The translations under genes and the position numbers were made by a program. From Wallemia ichthyophaga EXF-994 (Eukaryota > Fungi > Basidiomycota): a DNA stretch of 32,000 nt. Every line of letters begins with the position of its first letter. Within the stretch, counting starts at the first letter, position 1. The stretch covers positions 30,001 to 62,000 of the forward strand of contig NW_008806276.1 in the NCBI RefSeq assembly GCF_000400465.1. The letters are read 5' to 3'. Under the pieces are notes generated by a model. The model made no database searches. It was not told where the DNA came from and saw only the letters and a list, made by a program, of their open reading frames with translations. Of the stretch, positions 20,943 to 31,758 are shown one piece after another.

Positions 20943-21726
20943 TTAATCTTGTCTCACTGGTATTTGGTGGAGTAATCCGAATCCAACGCCGCCTGAAGTA
21001 TTTAGACCTATTCTGATAATAAACGCCAAACTCACATCCCAATAAACCTTCCCCTCCCCATTGCCTGTTGGGTACTAGAACTACCTCACGCAGAGTATCG
21101 AAATCGAATGAGTAGACATAAAGCCTTAAAGGTTTATCTGTGTGCTGGTGTACGTGTTAATCTGTATCCTTCAATATCACCTACTCCTCACCATTTCCAC
21201 CAAATCATAGAAATCATTTTCTTGTCTGAGTACACCACCTGGCCATCCAATAACCCAATCACCGTATGGAACCAGACCAGCTGATTCTGCAGGACTTCCC
21301 GTGATAACTTCGAGTATATGCCAAACATTATCAAGTGCACTAGACATTGCCCTGTTTGCGTCACATGCTCTCAAAGTTAAACCGAGCAAACTGTCATCAA
21401 TTTCATTCCATTCTATTGAAGGGACTATCGATACGTCTGTTGAGCTTTAATGAGCCTGGAAATCCTCTAAATAACACCGCAAACCAACCTCTAAACGTCT
21501 GTCTCTTCGATGACCAGATTGTAATATTCACACGTCTATCCTTATGCTCCTGCACGATATCCTGCAAAGGTTTATCTGCCAATTCCTCTCCGTCGGCTGC
21601 CTCAGGCTTAGCGCACGTAATGAAATCGAAGAAAGGCTCAATTGATGCTTTAAACGCGGGTGAGTTACTCCTAACACGGACAACATGAAACCAAGTCTGT
21701 TCAATTGAGCTCGATTGATTTCCCAT
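20943..21726 (-). CDS. GRH1: GRASP55/65 Golgi reassembly-stacking protein (two PDZ-like domains only); exons 21489..21726, 21192..21436, 21036..21144, 20943..20992 (213 aa)
   Basis: Motifs [84 protein letters not shown] are present. Three GT-AG introns give 642 nt in frame. Confidence 0.92.
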
Positions 21727-21781
21727 CGTTTTTTTATTCAATTCCTTGGTCGTTTCCTCTCAAGTGGACACAATCACAGCC

Positions 21782-24703
21782 ATGGCCACGCGTGCTAATC
21801 CACTAAAGAACAATGCCTCTAAATTCGCTTTCTTAACAATGCATCCTCCGCCTGGCTACGTTGCTGGATTGGGTAGAGGTGCTTCTGGTTTCACTACTAG
21901 ATCAGATATTGGCCCTGCAAGAGAAGCTGGCTCTATGGAAGATCCCGCTTCAGATTTACACTCAAATGCAAATTCAAAAGAAATTGAACCCGAGCAATTC
22001 CAGGATCCTGAGAATGAGACAGGTTTATTTGCAGGCACAGTTTATGACAGGGATGATGAGGAGGCTGATAAGATATACGATATGATCGACGATAAAATGG
22101 ATGAGAGGAGACGCGCAAAGAGGGAAGCCGCTGAGAAGAAATCTCAGGAAGCTCATTTAGCAGCTAACCCTAAAATCCAAACTCAGTTCTCCGATCTTAA
22201 ACGCTCTTTGGCTCACGTTAGCGAGGAAGAATGGGGCGCCCTCCCTGAAGCTGGTTCCCTTACCGGTAAACGTCGCAAGAACAACACTCGCAACGATGGT
22301 AAAAGTTATGTTGTTCCTGATAGCGTTCTCGCTGGTGCAAGAGAGAAAAACGAATTGAGCAGCTCAGTGGATGATGACGCTGGTGTTGCAACTCCCGCTT
22401 CCTCCGGAAATACCACAGATTTTCGTGAAATTGGTCAAGCTAGAGATAAATCCTTGTCTTTGCGTCTCGATCAATTGAGTGGTGCGAGTGGGAGTGGCAG
22501 TGCGAGTACTAGCGCTGGTACCCCCAGTAGTACTCAATCTAGCAATGATAGCTCCACCTTCACCCCTTCAACCTCAAACGCCACAGGGACATCAACCTCG
22601 GTTGATCCTAAAGGCTATCTATCCGGTTTGAACTCTGTTCAACTTAAATCAGACGCCGAGATTGGCGATATCAAAAAGGCAAGAGCTCTACTCGAGAGCG
22701 TCATAAAAACCAACCCAAAGCACGCCCCAGGTTGGATTGCTGCGGGTAGAGTTGAAGAAGTTGCCGGTAGACAAGCTGTAGCGAGAAAGGTCATTGCAGC
22801 TGGCTGTGACAACTGTCCGAAATCTGAAGATGTTTGGTTGGAAGCTGCACGTCTTAATATACCACAAGACGCAAAAGTCATCCTTGCCAACGCCATCAGT
22901 CACCTACCACAGTCAGTAAAGATATGGCTTAAAGCAGTCGATCTAGAGAACGATCCTAAATCTAAACGTAGAGTTTTGAGAAAGGCTATTGAGTATATAC
23001 CGAACAGTGTCAGGTTGTGGAAAGAAGCTGTAAATATGGAAGACGATCCACAGGATGCTCTCATCTTACTAGCACGCGCAACTGAGTTGATTCCATCATC
23101 AGTCGAGCTCTGGCTGGCGTTAGCTAGATTAGAGACACCAGAAAACGCCAAGAAAATTATCAACAAAGCACGCAAAACTATACCAACATCACATGAGATA
23201 TGGATAGCTGCTGCAAGACTACAAGAGCAAGTTGGAGCATCGAGCAATGATATTGATAAGCTGGTGAACAACGGTGTTGGATCTTTGAGATCATCAGGTG
23301 CTCTCTTATCGCGTGAACAATGGTTGAAAGAGGCTGAGAGAGTTGAGCAAGAAGGATCTCCGCTCACATGCGCAGCTATCGTAAAGGCTACTATTCATCA
23401 TGAGATTGAGGATGAAGATAAATATGCCGTTTGGATGGACGATGCTGATTCGTTGGAGGATAGAGGATCGATCGAGACTGCAAGAGCTGTCATTGCATTC
23501 GCACTCAAGGTCTTCCCTGAGCGCTCTAAGCTTTGGAGGCGAGCTGCTGAGCTAGAAAAGCAGCATGGGAATAGGTGGGTATCTCGTGTTGACTCAATCG
23601 CCAGGCTAACGAAGCATAACAGAAACACCCTCACAGATATACTCAAAACAGCTACACAAAATTGTCCGAAGGCAGAAGTACTCTGGTTGATGCTTGCGAA
23701 GGAACACTGGCTTGGTGGAGATGTGGACTCTGCTCGACAAGTCCTAGGTGATGCCTTCAACGCTAATCCATCCTCTGAAGCAGTCTGGCTAGCTGCTGTC
23801 AAGTTGGAAGCTGAAAATAACGAAATTAAGAATGCGAGAATGTTGCTCAATAAAGCAAGACTACAATCTTCCACTGAAAGGATATGGATGAAGTCTGCAG
23901 TCTTTGAACGACAGCATGGCAATAGCATCGAAGCATTGAAATGTGTAAATGAGGCACTCACAAAGTTTCCCACGTTTGACAAACTCTACATGATCAAAGT
24001 TGGTTTACTCGATGGTAATGTTGACGGCGGTGGTGATGATAATGGTAGTAGAAGCAACAACAAAGAGATAAGAGACACATTCGCAGCAGCGCTTAAGAAA
24101 TGTCCTCAATCACCCACACTATGGATACTGTCTTCACGATTCGAAGAAAAGATGGGCGTTATTATCAGATCGCGCGCACTGTTAGAGAAGGGTCGTCTCA
24201 TCAACAAAAACTGCGACATACTATGGGCAGAAGCTATTAGAGTGGAGGAGAGAGCGAATGCAGGAAATCAAGCAAAAGGATTACTCTCAAAGGCACTCCA
24301 AGAGTGCCAAACTTCCGGTCTATTGTGGTCTATTGCTATTTGGATGGAACCTCGACCATCTCGAAAGACAAAATCAGTTGATGCGTTACGTAAAGTGACA
24401 GATGATCCAACTATAATTGTCACAGTCGCTCGTATGCTTTGGATGGAAGGTAAGAAAGACAAGGCTAGGTCGTGGTTGAGTAAATCATGTAAAGCTGATC
24501 CAGACAATGGTGATCATTGGGCATGGTGGTATAAGTTTGAGCTACAAGATGGCACACAAGAAAATGCACAGAATGTACTGGAATCTGCTAAGCAAGCTGA
24601 ACCACATCATGGTGAAATTTGGCAGTCCGTAATTAAAGACGATGCTAATATCGGTAAAGCGTATAATGTACTAATTAAGCAAACGGCAAGCAAATTATCT
24701 TAA
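21782..24703 (+). CDS. PRP6: U5/tri-snRNP splicing factor Prp6 (HAT/TPR repeats); probable intron 23575..23622 (957 aa spliced)
   Basis: N-terminal PPPGYVAGLGRGASGFTTRSDIGPAR, DPKGYL and DIKKARALLESVIKTNPKHAPGWIA are followed by many HAT repeats and the C-terminal DNGDHWAWWY..EPHHGEIWQ. The first in-frame ATG is at 21782. Confidence 0.96.
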   Translation: MATRANPLKNNASKFAFLTMHPPPGYVAGLGRGASGFTTRSDIGPAREAGSMEDPASDLHSNANSKEIEPEQFQDPENETGLFAGTVYDRDDEEADKIYDMIDDKMDERRRAKREAAEKKSQEAHLAANPKIQTQFSDLKRSLAHVSEEEWGALPEAGSLTGKRRKNNTRNDGKSYVVPDSVLAGAREKNELSSSVDDDAGVATPASSGNTTDFREIGQARDKSLSLRLDQLSGASGSGSASTSAGTPSSTQSSNDSSTFTPSTSNATGTSTSVDPKGYLSGLNSVQLKSDAEIGDIKKARALLESVIKTNPKHAPGWIAAGRVEEVAGRQAVARKVIAAGCDNCPKSEDVWLEAARLNIPQDAKVILANAISHLPQSVKIWLKAVDLENDPKSKRRVLRKAIEYIPNSVRLWKEAVNMEDDPQDALILLARATELIPSSVELWLALARLETPENAKKIINKARKTIPTSHEIWIAAARLQEQVGASSNDIDKLVNNGVGSLRSSGALLSREQWLKEAERVEQEGSPLTCAAIVKATIHHEIEDEDKYAVWMDDADSLEDRGSIETARAVIAFALKVFPERSKLWRRAAELEKQHGNRWVSRVDSIARLTKHNRNTLTDILKTATQNCPKAEVLWLMLAKEHWLGGDVDSARQVLGDAFNANPSSEAVWLAAVKLEAENNEIKNARMLLNKARLQSSTERIWMKSAVFERQHGNSIEALKCVNEALTKFPTFDKLYMIKVGLLDGNVDGGGDDNGSRSNNKEIRDTFAAALKKCPQSPTLWILSSRFEEKMGVIIRSRALLEKGRLINKNCDILWAEAIRVEERANAGNQAKGLLSKALQECQTSGLLWSIAIWMEPRPSRKTKSVDALRKVTDDPTIIVTVARMLWMEGKKDKARSWLSKSCKADPDNGDHWAWWYKFELQDGTQENAQNVLESAKQAEPHHGEIWQSVIKDDANIGKAYNVLIKQTASKLS

Positions 24704-24817
24704 CAAGTTGATAAATTTGGTATACAATATTTAAAGTCAAGTGTTCAAATCAAAATTATTTATTTTCTTCAATGAGTAACTCATGTTACTCATGTTGCTC
24801 AATAGAAATAATTTATT

Positions 24818-27458
24818 TCAATTTCCGTTGGTGGATTGGTTAGCTTGTGTTTGCGTTGGGTGCGTTGGGGCTTGAGTTTGATTTTGTGCGTTGGCTGCCA
24901 CTTGAGCTTGAGCCTGTGCCTGAGCCTGAGCCTGCTGGTGTGCCAACAACTGCTGTCTCCAAAATGCAGCCAATTGAGGATTTGATGCCATCTGTTGAGC
25001 AGTTAAACCACCAGCGTTTGCTTGCTGTTGTTGTTGCAATTGATTTGGTTGTGGTTGTCTCACTTGCTGTTGTTGTTGTTGTTGTTGTTGTTGCTTCGCA
25101 AGCAGGGCTGCCAACATCTGTTGCTGACTCAATTGATTATTCGGTGCATTATTGTTGTTATTCTGACTTGCCATCAACTGCCTCATTTGATTGAGATGTT
25201 GTTGAGTTTTTGTCGACTGTAACAATGCATTCATTTGAGCTTGGGATGGTGGTTGGAGGGGATGTATTGGTTGCTGTGGTTGTTGATGTTGATGCTGTTG
25301 TTGTTGTTGCTGCTGGGCAAGCAACTGTTGAATTGCATTATACGTTGGGTTATTCGGAGGCAGCGAAGCGTTCCCATTCATTTGAGGAGTGGGGGGTTTA
25401 GGTGTAGATTGCGTGCTTTGCGTACTTTGCGCAGGTTGTTTAGACGCTCCCGTACCATTCATTGCTGAGTTGCTCTTCTGTAACGGCGTCGACTGCGCAT
25501 TCTGCTGAGAAGCTTTTCTTATCAAATGCTGAGCTACCTGTGGCTTTCCATTATTCTGTGCATTAGAAGCGTTCGAATTATTTCGCTGTAGCTGTTGCGC
25601 TTTGTTATTGGGATTAGGTCGAACGATTGTGTAATTTGGAAGTGGTGGTGGTGGTGCCAATGCTGCCTGCATCGCTGCATCAACGTGACTTGTAGGTGCC
25701 GTCAAATTATTGATATCATCTTCCGTGAGTAATGATGCACGATGTCGCATAAATCTGGGGTTTTTTATTATTATCACCTTTTCTTAGCACTCCTTACTTA
25801 CCTCTCATCGTAATCGTCTATCAACAGATTTTCACCTTTGTCACCAAATGTTGGTCCTAAGCCTTTGACATTCTTTGTATAAACCACATCCGCGTCATAC
25901 TTCTGCAACTCCCTCAACTTCCTCTCATCATCATCGAGGTTGCTGCTGTCATCATCGCCATAATCGATAAACGGATGGCGTCTGTCGAGTATTCTTCTAC
26001 CACCTCTTCCAATCCTCAACCTGAAAGTTCTTCTACCCATCTCACCATCGTCATCAATGTCATTAGGCAGTGCACGATAGAATTTAGAGCCAGGGAAATG
26101 GTTTGGTATAAGGGATGACTCTGTAAAGTCTTCCCACATTTGGTCTGCCTCTCGTTTAGCAAGTATATGTTTCTCGATGAGTGTAGCGATCGGTACAGAT
26201 GCTTTATCGTTATTAGTGTTGACAGAAGGCGAAGCGTTATTTCTCTTGTTGGGCAGCTTAGTCTCGACTTTAATTCTCTTTGGTTTGTGACCGGATAGCA
26301 ACTCATCATCAGCTTTTCCATCGTCAGGACCAACAACGCCAAGTTTCCTCTTGACGGTTCTAAAAGTATGTCGTAACTGTGATATACTTTTGTCCATATC
26401 AACAGCCTCAGCTTTCTTTTTCTCTCTATCGATAACCCTGACAACAAGCTGCTGAGCTGCGATGAGTTCTTTATGGAGCTTCTCCATTTTTTCAACCGAT
26501 TGTAGATCAGCCCTGCGTGTTTTGCGAACAGGCTTGACTTCTCTGCGTCTGAAACAAACATAAGGATCGCCATCATTGCTTTCGTCGTAGTTGAGCTGTG
26601 GGTGAATTGGTTTACCTTGCCGTCTGACTCGACGTGCACGCCAATGTTGATAGATAATCTGACCAAGCTTGACGAGGTTGTCAGGTGTAATTGTGAGCTT
26701 AAGAGGAGCAACGTTTGGGAAGTTGTCGAGGAGATCATGTTTCTTGAGATGTAATTGGAATTCTGAGAAGTCTGGGATTCTGGATAGGTCCTGCGTGGGT
26801 GTTAAAGAGGGATAAGGGTTTAAATTAGTGGAATAAAACGCACGGTATGGAGAGTAGGAGCAATGTCGTCAGTAACCTTCTCAAAAACACTCATAACCAA
26901 TTCAAAGAGATTGTCGTCGATGAGTATGTCATTGTTCTTCTTCTCATCCTTACTACTAGCGTCTGTGGAAGTACCCTCACCTTTGACCGCCTTATTATGC
27001 TCCTGGATGAACTTATAATCTCGTTCATCGATTGTATACACTAAACCACCCAATTGAGCTTCTTCGATTGTGTCGCTGTACTTGATATAGGACCAGGCGT
27101 CAGGGTACTGGTTCGGCTTGTATAGCTGATAGTAATTAGTGACTCTGCCTGTAGCATCCGGGGTTGGAATGATACCCAAAGAGTCATCTTGAGGGGTTGA
27201 AAGAGCATTTTCATCAACAGAATCAGCTTTATCATTATTGGAAGCAGATTGAGTAGTGTCATGTGAAGGCTTAGAACGAGCATTCCTCTTTTGAGACGCG
27301 TTTATCGCGTTTTGAAGGTGAGTCTCTTCAGCCTCAGCCGAGTCAACACCGGTGGTAGCCTTCGACTCATCATCAAAGGAATAAGATTCAGCGATAAATT
27401 GAGGTCTTTTAACGATTTGTAGCCTACTTCTGGCTGTAATTTTAAGTCTTCTGGACAT
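24818..27458 (-). CDS. EPL1: Enhancer of polycomb-like NuA4 subunit with a Q-rich C-terminus; exons 26844..27458, 25802..26790, 24818..25754 (846 aa)
   Basis: Motifs TTGVDSAEAEETHLQ, IPTPDA, YTIDERD, the spliced DPYVCFRRREVKPVRKTRR and FRLRIGRGGRRILDRR are present. Introns are 26791..26843 and 25755..25801. Confidence 0.92.
25022..25322. repeat. (TTG/CTG)n trinucleotide tracts encoding poly-Q runs of Epl1
   Basis: Several runs such as gttgttgttgttgttgttgttgttg, read as QQQQQQQQQQ on the minus strand. Confidence 0.8.
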
Positions 27459-27752
27459 GGTGATAAGTGATGTGCTGTCAGTGTGGCCAATAATAGAAAT
27501 CCACAAAGACGACTCGTATAATCTAATTTAGATTTAATTTAAATTATTATTTCTTGTTTTTTTACGCTGCTTTGTGGCATCCACTGACGCCGGAATCGGT
27601 CAAATTTGTTGAGCGTGAATTGTTAATTTAAAATTCGTAAAAACTAAAGGAGGAATAAGAAGATTAAATTTATTTATTAGAGTTCTATTTTGTTGTTAGT
27701 GTGTTTAGATATATATATAAATACCCTTAAAACCCACACAATAGAATCATCA

Positions 27753-28785
27753 CTACCGCCTACTCCTATCCATCCTTTTAAGCGTCTCTTTGGCCTTCTT
27801 CCTCTGGCCATACTCCTGTCCACGCTCTGCTTGAAGTTCGTTATACTTACGCTTAGCGTACCTTTGTCCATCCTTATCCTCGAGTGCTTCATTGATGAAT
27901 CCTTTAGCGTTCCTCCTCGCTTTAGCATCTTCTGCGCCATCTGCGAGTGAATCTCCTGCGTTCCTACCCGGCAATATTCTCCCGATGGCAAAATGTTTCG
28001 GTAATTTCTGCTTACCGCCTTTGTAGAAGCGTTTAGGGTCGAGAGAGTTGCGTAATTGGAGTGCCTCTGCTTCACGTCTCCACTGTGGAAGGAGTGCTGA
28101 AGGTGGAGCAGGTAAATCGAACCAATCTTTCCCGGCGGTGGATTCTTTCGACTGTTTTTTCTATGTTTAGAAGGAAACTAATGGCAATATAACATCAACT
28201 AACCTCTTTCAACTGCCTCCTCGATGGCTTTGTACCTGCATCATGTGCTGGTCTACTAGACATAGCCGCAGAAGCCCCGTTCAAAGCATTTTCTGTTTGT
28301 TTTTCAATGGCAGATATCTGATTGTGGTTGTGTGAGTTGTAATATACCTCATAACCCTCCAACACACCTCCAATTCACGCTTCTTGGGCACTGTCTGCTT
28401 AAAATTATCAGATTTTCTTTGAGATGGCTTGAGCGGGGGGAGTGTGTTTAGATTGTAGCTGCTGGTGAGCGTTGGAATAGGTCTGGCAGGGAATGTGAGT
28501 CTGAGCGAGATCTCTGCTTGGTAGATGAGCTCACTGCTTTGACTCCTGAGCCGCGTCATCCAGCTTGACCAAATCATCGTTGAGATTGAGATGATCGTTA
28601 TTTGTGTTGGACAGGTTTGTGCGGGCGCTGTTGAGAAGATGGGAGAGATGGGAGTTGTTATCGTCGTTGTTATCGTCGTCGCTGCTGTTGCTGACATCGC
28701 TGCTGCCGTCGCTGCCATCGCTGCTGCTACCACTGCTCACGCCGCTCTCATCTCTCCTCAGAATCGCTTCTGACATGGTAGACAT
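27753..28785 (-). CDS. FCF2: rRNA-processing protein Fcf2; exons 28535..28785, 28368..28500, 28204..28317, 27753..28160 (301 aa)
   Basis: The last exon reads TAGKDWFDLP..ALQLRNSLDPKRFYK..LPKHFAIGRI..YAKRKYNELQ, the Fcf2 domain. The N-terminus is acidic/Ser-rich. The first intron (34 nt) is less certain. Confidence 0.85.
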
Positions 28786-28803
28786 TCACCAACCAACATC
28801 CTA

Positions 28804-30497
28804 ATGATAAATTGGATTAAAAATGTTAAAAATGAAAAATCTAAAGATATCCCAAGTCCCTCACCGGCTCCATTTCTGATTCCCAAGTATCCTTCCACTC
28901 GGCTTCTAATTCTCCCCTTATCGCTCATCCCACTCGTCGCGTACAGCTACAACGTCTTGATGCCAGCCGTGGTTATGGCTATCGTGGCTTTCTGCAGCTC
29001 TATCACTCTCATCCCCTTATCCTCTCACTGTCTCGCTAGAGTGGGCTTGAGAGGCAGGGATCTCCTTAAACCTTACAAGCAGCTGGTGTGGGTTTGGAAA
29101 TAGCTGCTTATTCCCCCTCTCACCCCCAAAAAGCCCCGAATCTCTCGGCATTGTTCCGGCGTGCGTTTTGATCGTGTTGCTCTTCCTATTCACCCCAGTT
29201 TTCTTCGCGAATCACCTCAAAACACACGCTAGCAATCTACAGCCACAATTTCCTCATCATAAAGTGGGTATTTATTACTCACTCACTCAAGCTCACCTTG
29301 ATAGCTCTCCACTTACCTTTCTGCGTTACTCTCCCTCCAAACTGCAACTCTCCTCGGCTTCTTAGACGACCTATTCGATATTCGCTGGAGGTATAAACTG
29401 CCGATCCCCCTGATTGCCAGTATACCCATGTTAGTTGTGTATTTTGCAGAAGGGTGAGTATTTTTTTTTCACGCTAATGTCTCACCTCATACAAAGACAC
29501 TAAACTTCCATAGCGGCATAACAGACGTCGTTATCCCTTTGCCCTTACGCCAGCTACTGGGCCGGGTGGTGCATCTGGGTAGGTGCGAGCAGCAATGATG
29601 TCATGCGCTGACCACCCCGATAACAGGCCCCCTCTACTACATATACATGGCGATGCTATCTACGTTCTGCACCAACAGCATCAATATTCTTGCCGGCATA
29701 AATGGGATAGAGGTGGCGCAAGCGGTTGTGATAGCGGGGAGTGTCGCCATTAATGATCTCTTACACCTGCCCTTATCGCATGGTTTCGTCAGCCATCTCC
29801 CGCAATTCGCTGCTCATTGGTCATCGACCGCTCTCGTAGGCCCCACTACACAGGAGCAAGCTGAGCGCCACCTCTTCTCCCTCTGCTTCATGCTTCCCCT
29901 TATAGGCGCGTCGCTGGGGCTGCTTTATCATAACTGGTGGGTTGATCACGACATTAATAACTAATTACTTAACTCACCAACTCACCATTTTACAATCTCA
30001 TCCTACTCAGGTACCCCGCACGCGTATTCCCCGGTGATACCTACTGTTATTTCGCCGGCATGGCATTTGCGATAGTGGCGGTCTTAGGGCATTTCTCCAA
30101 AACGTTGCTACTTTTCTTCCTACCGCAAGTGATCAATTTCGGTTTGTCGACCCCGCAGCTATTCGGACTGATGGCATGTCCGCGGCACCGTGTGCCGCGG
30201 TATGTGCATGGCACGGGAGTACTTGAACCGAGTCGGGCGTATTTCGACAAGCCGCCCGCCTTCTATGTGAGCGTGCCGCTGCGTGTGCTGAGCGCCGTAG
30301 GCGTTGTGCAGCTGGAGGTAGGCGGCAACGGACGCATTACTTGCTCTACTAACCTCACCCTCCTCAACGCCTTCCTCTGTCTCTTTGGCAAAATGTCGGA
30401 GCGTCAACTCGCTTCTGTCACCGTCGTCTTCCAAGTTGCTTGTTCTGTCCTCGCTTTTGCTGTTAGATATGGCTTGGCGGGGTTGGTGTATGATTAG
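28804..30497 (+). CDS. ALG7: UDP-GlcNAc:dolichyl-phosphate GlcNAc-1-phosphotransferase (DPAGT1); exons 28804..29087, 29134..29263, 29305..29453, 29514..29578, 29627..29936, 30011..30497 (474 aa)
   Basis: Motifs GLRGRDLLK..VPESLG, LLGFLDDLFDIRWRYKL, FCTNSINILAGINGIEV, HNWYPARVFPGDTYCY, HFSKTLLLFFLPQ and CPRHRVPR are present. Five GT-AG introns give 1425 nt in frame. Confidence 0.95.
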
Positions 30498-30667
30498 ATG
30501 TAAGTGTAAGTGTAGATATAGATATAGATGGTTTGCGTGTGCATCGAGTGTGTCGCGTGTATTGCATGCCAAGAAATTTATAATATTCACGTCCGCTCCC
30601 GCTGTGGCTGCTTATCTTGTACCAGCACAGCGAACAAAGCACACACTACAACTTAAATATAAAGACA

Positions 30668-31742
30668 ATGGTAAAAATCGGCAGACTAGATTTAAGCAGA
30701 CCGCCGTCGATTCTGCCTAAATTTCTACAGCATCCGTATGCGCGTCGCTTCGAGGGGAACGAGAGTGAGTAGGGGATGTGCGAGCGAGGAGAAGAAACGC
30801 ACCGCTAACACAGCCACAGAGTACGTGACGAGTCGGTGGAAATTTGGAGTGAGTTATGCGATGGACTGGGTGATCTGCGCAGCGTTGCTAGGGTTGCTGT
30901 ACATCATCAACAATGTCCACGGGTACTGGCGGGAATTCGACCTGAACGATGCGAGTATACGCCACTCGCACACGGAGGATGAGCGCGTACCCCTGTGGTT
31001 GCTGGGTATACTCATAGGACTGGTACCGATCGTGGCCAAGATTCTGCTCAGCACGCAATGGTATCGCTCTTACACGGATCTGCACCACGCGCTGCTTGGC
31101 TTTCTCCTCACAGCTGGTCTCACTCTCTCCACTACCACTGCCGTTAAGGTGCTCGTGGGCAGACCGCGCCCAGACCTCATTGCCCGCTGTCAGCCGCGTT
31201 CTGGCGCGTCTAATGCAGACGTCGGTCTTGCTACTGCGGATGTCTGCACACAAACCGACTTTGAACTGCTCCAGGATGGATTCAGGTCGTTTCCCAGCGG
31301 TCATTCCTCCACCTCGTTCGCTCTGCTGGGCTACCTCAGCTTCTACCTCGCGGGCAAAATGCAGGTTTTCGACACCAAGGGACACACAGTCAAGTCGTGG
31401 ATCTGCTGGGCTCCCTGGATCGGCGCCGTCCTTATCGCAGTGTCGCGCACTATGGACTACAGACATCACGCTACGGATATCATTGCAGGCGGCGTTATCG
31501 GCACTTTCTTCGCTTACGTGTGTTATAGACAATACTACCCACATTTGGGTAACGCAATGTGCCACAAACCGCACAACACGAGGTATGTCGAGAGGAAGGA
31601 TGCTTATAGACTGCCGAGGTATCAGGGGGACGGGGTGGACAGTGTGAGTGAGGAAGGAATGCAAATGGGGACGCTCAATGGAGGTGGACTAGTTGGACAG
31701 GAGAACAGGAGAACAGGGACAACAGGAACAAGGAACGTATAA
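30668..31742 (+). CDS. DPP1: PAP2-family lipid phosphate / diacylglycerol-pyrophosphate phosphatase; intron 30765..30819 (339 aa)
   Basis: The three PAP2 catalytic motifs are present (KVLVGRPRPD, FPSGHSS, SRTMDYRHHATD) with several transmembrane helices. The ATG at 30668 joins through a GTGAGT..GCTAAC..CAG intron. Confidence 0.9.
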
Positions 31743-31758
31743 GATAGTCGATGCATCG

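Noticed and set aside
26016-26738. 240-aa minus-strand ORF overlapping EPL1
   Set aside because: It is an alternate frame of EPL1 exon 2. The EPL1 frame carries the conserved motifs; this one has none.
27677-28075. 132-aa minus-strand ORF overlapping the FCF2 last exon
   Set aside because: It is an alternate frame; the Fcf2 motifs are in the frame ending at 27753.
30808-30819. Tandem in-frame acceptors (30813 and 30819) in the DPP1 intron
   Set aside because: The proximal AG is only about 5 nt from the GCTAAC branch site, probably too close to be used, and the effect would be just two residues.
30888-31664. 258-aa antisense ORF over DPP1, and 183-aa alternate-frame ORF 31096..31647
   Set aside because: They lie wholly within a well-supported CDS and have no recognisable motifs. 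They are typical shadow ORFs of GC-rich coding sequence.
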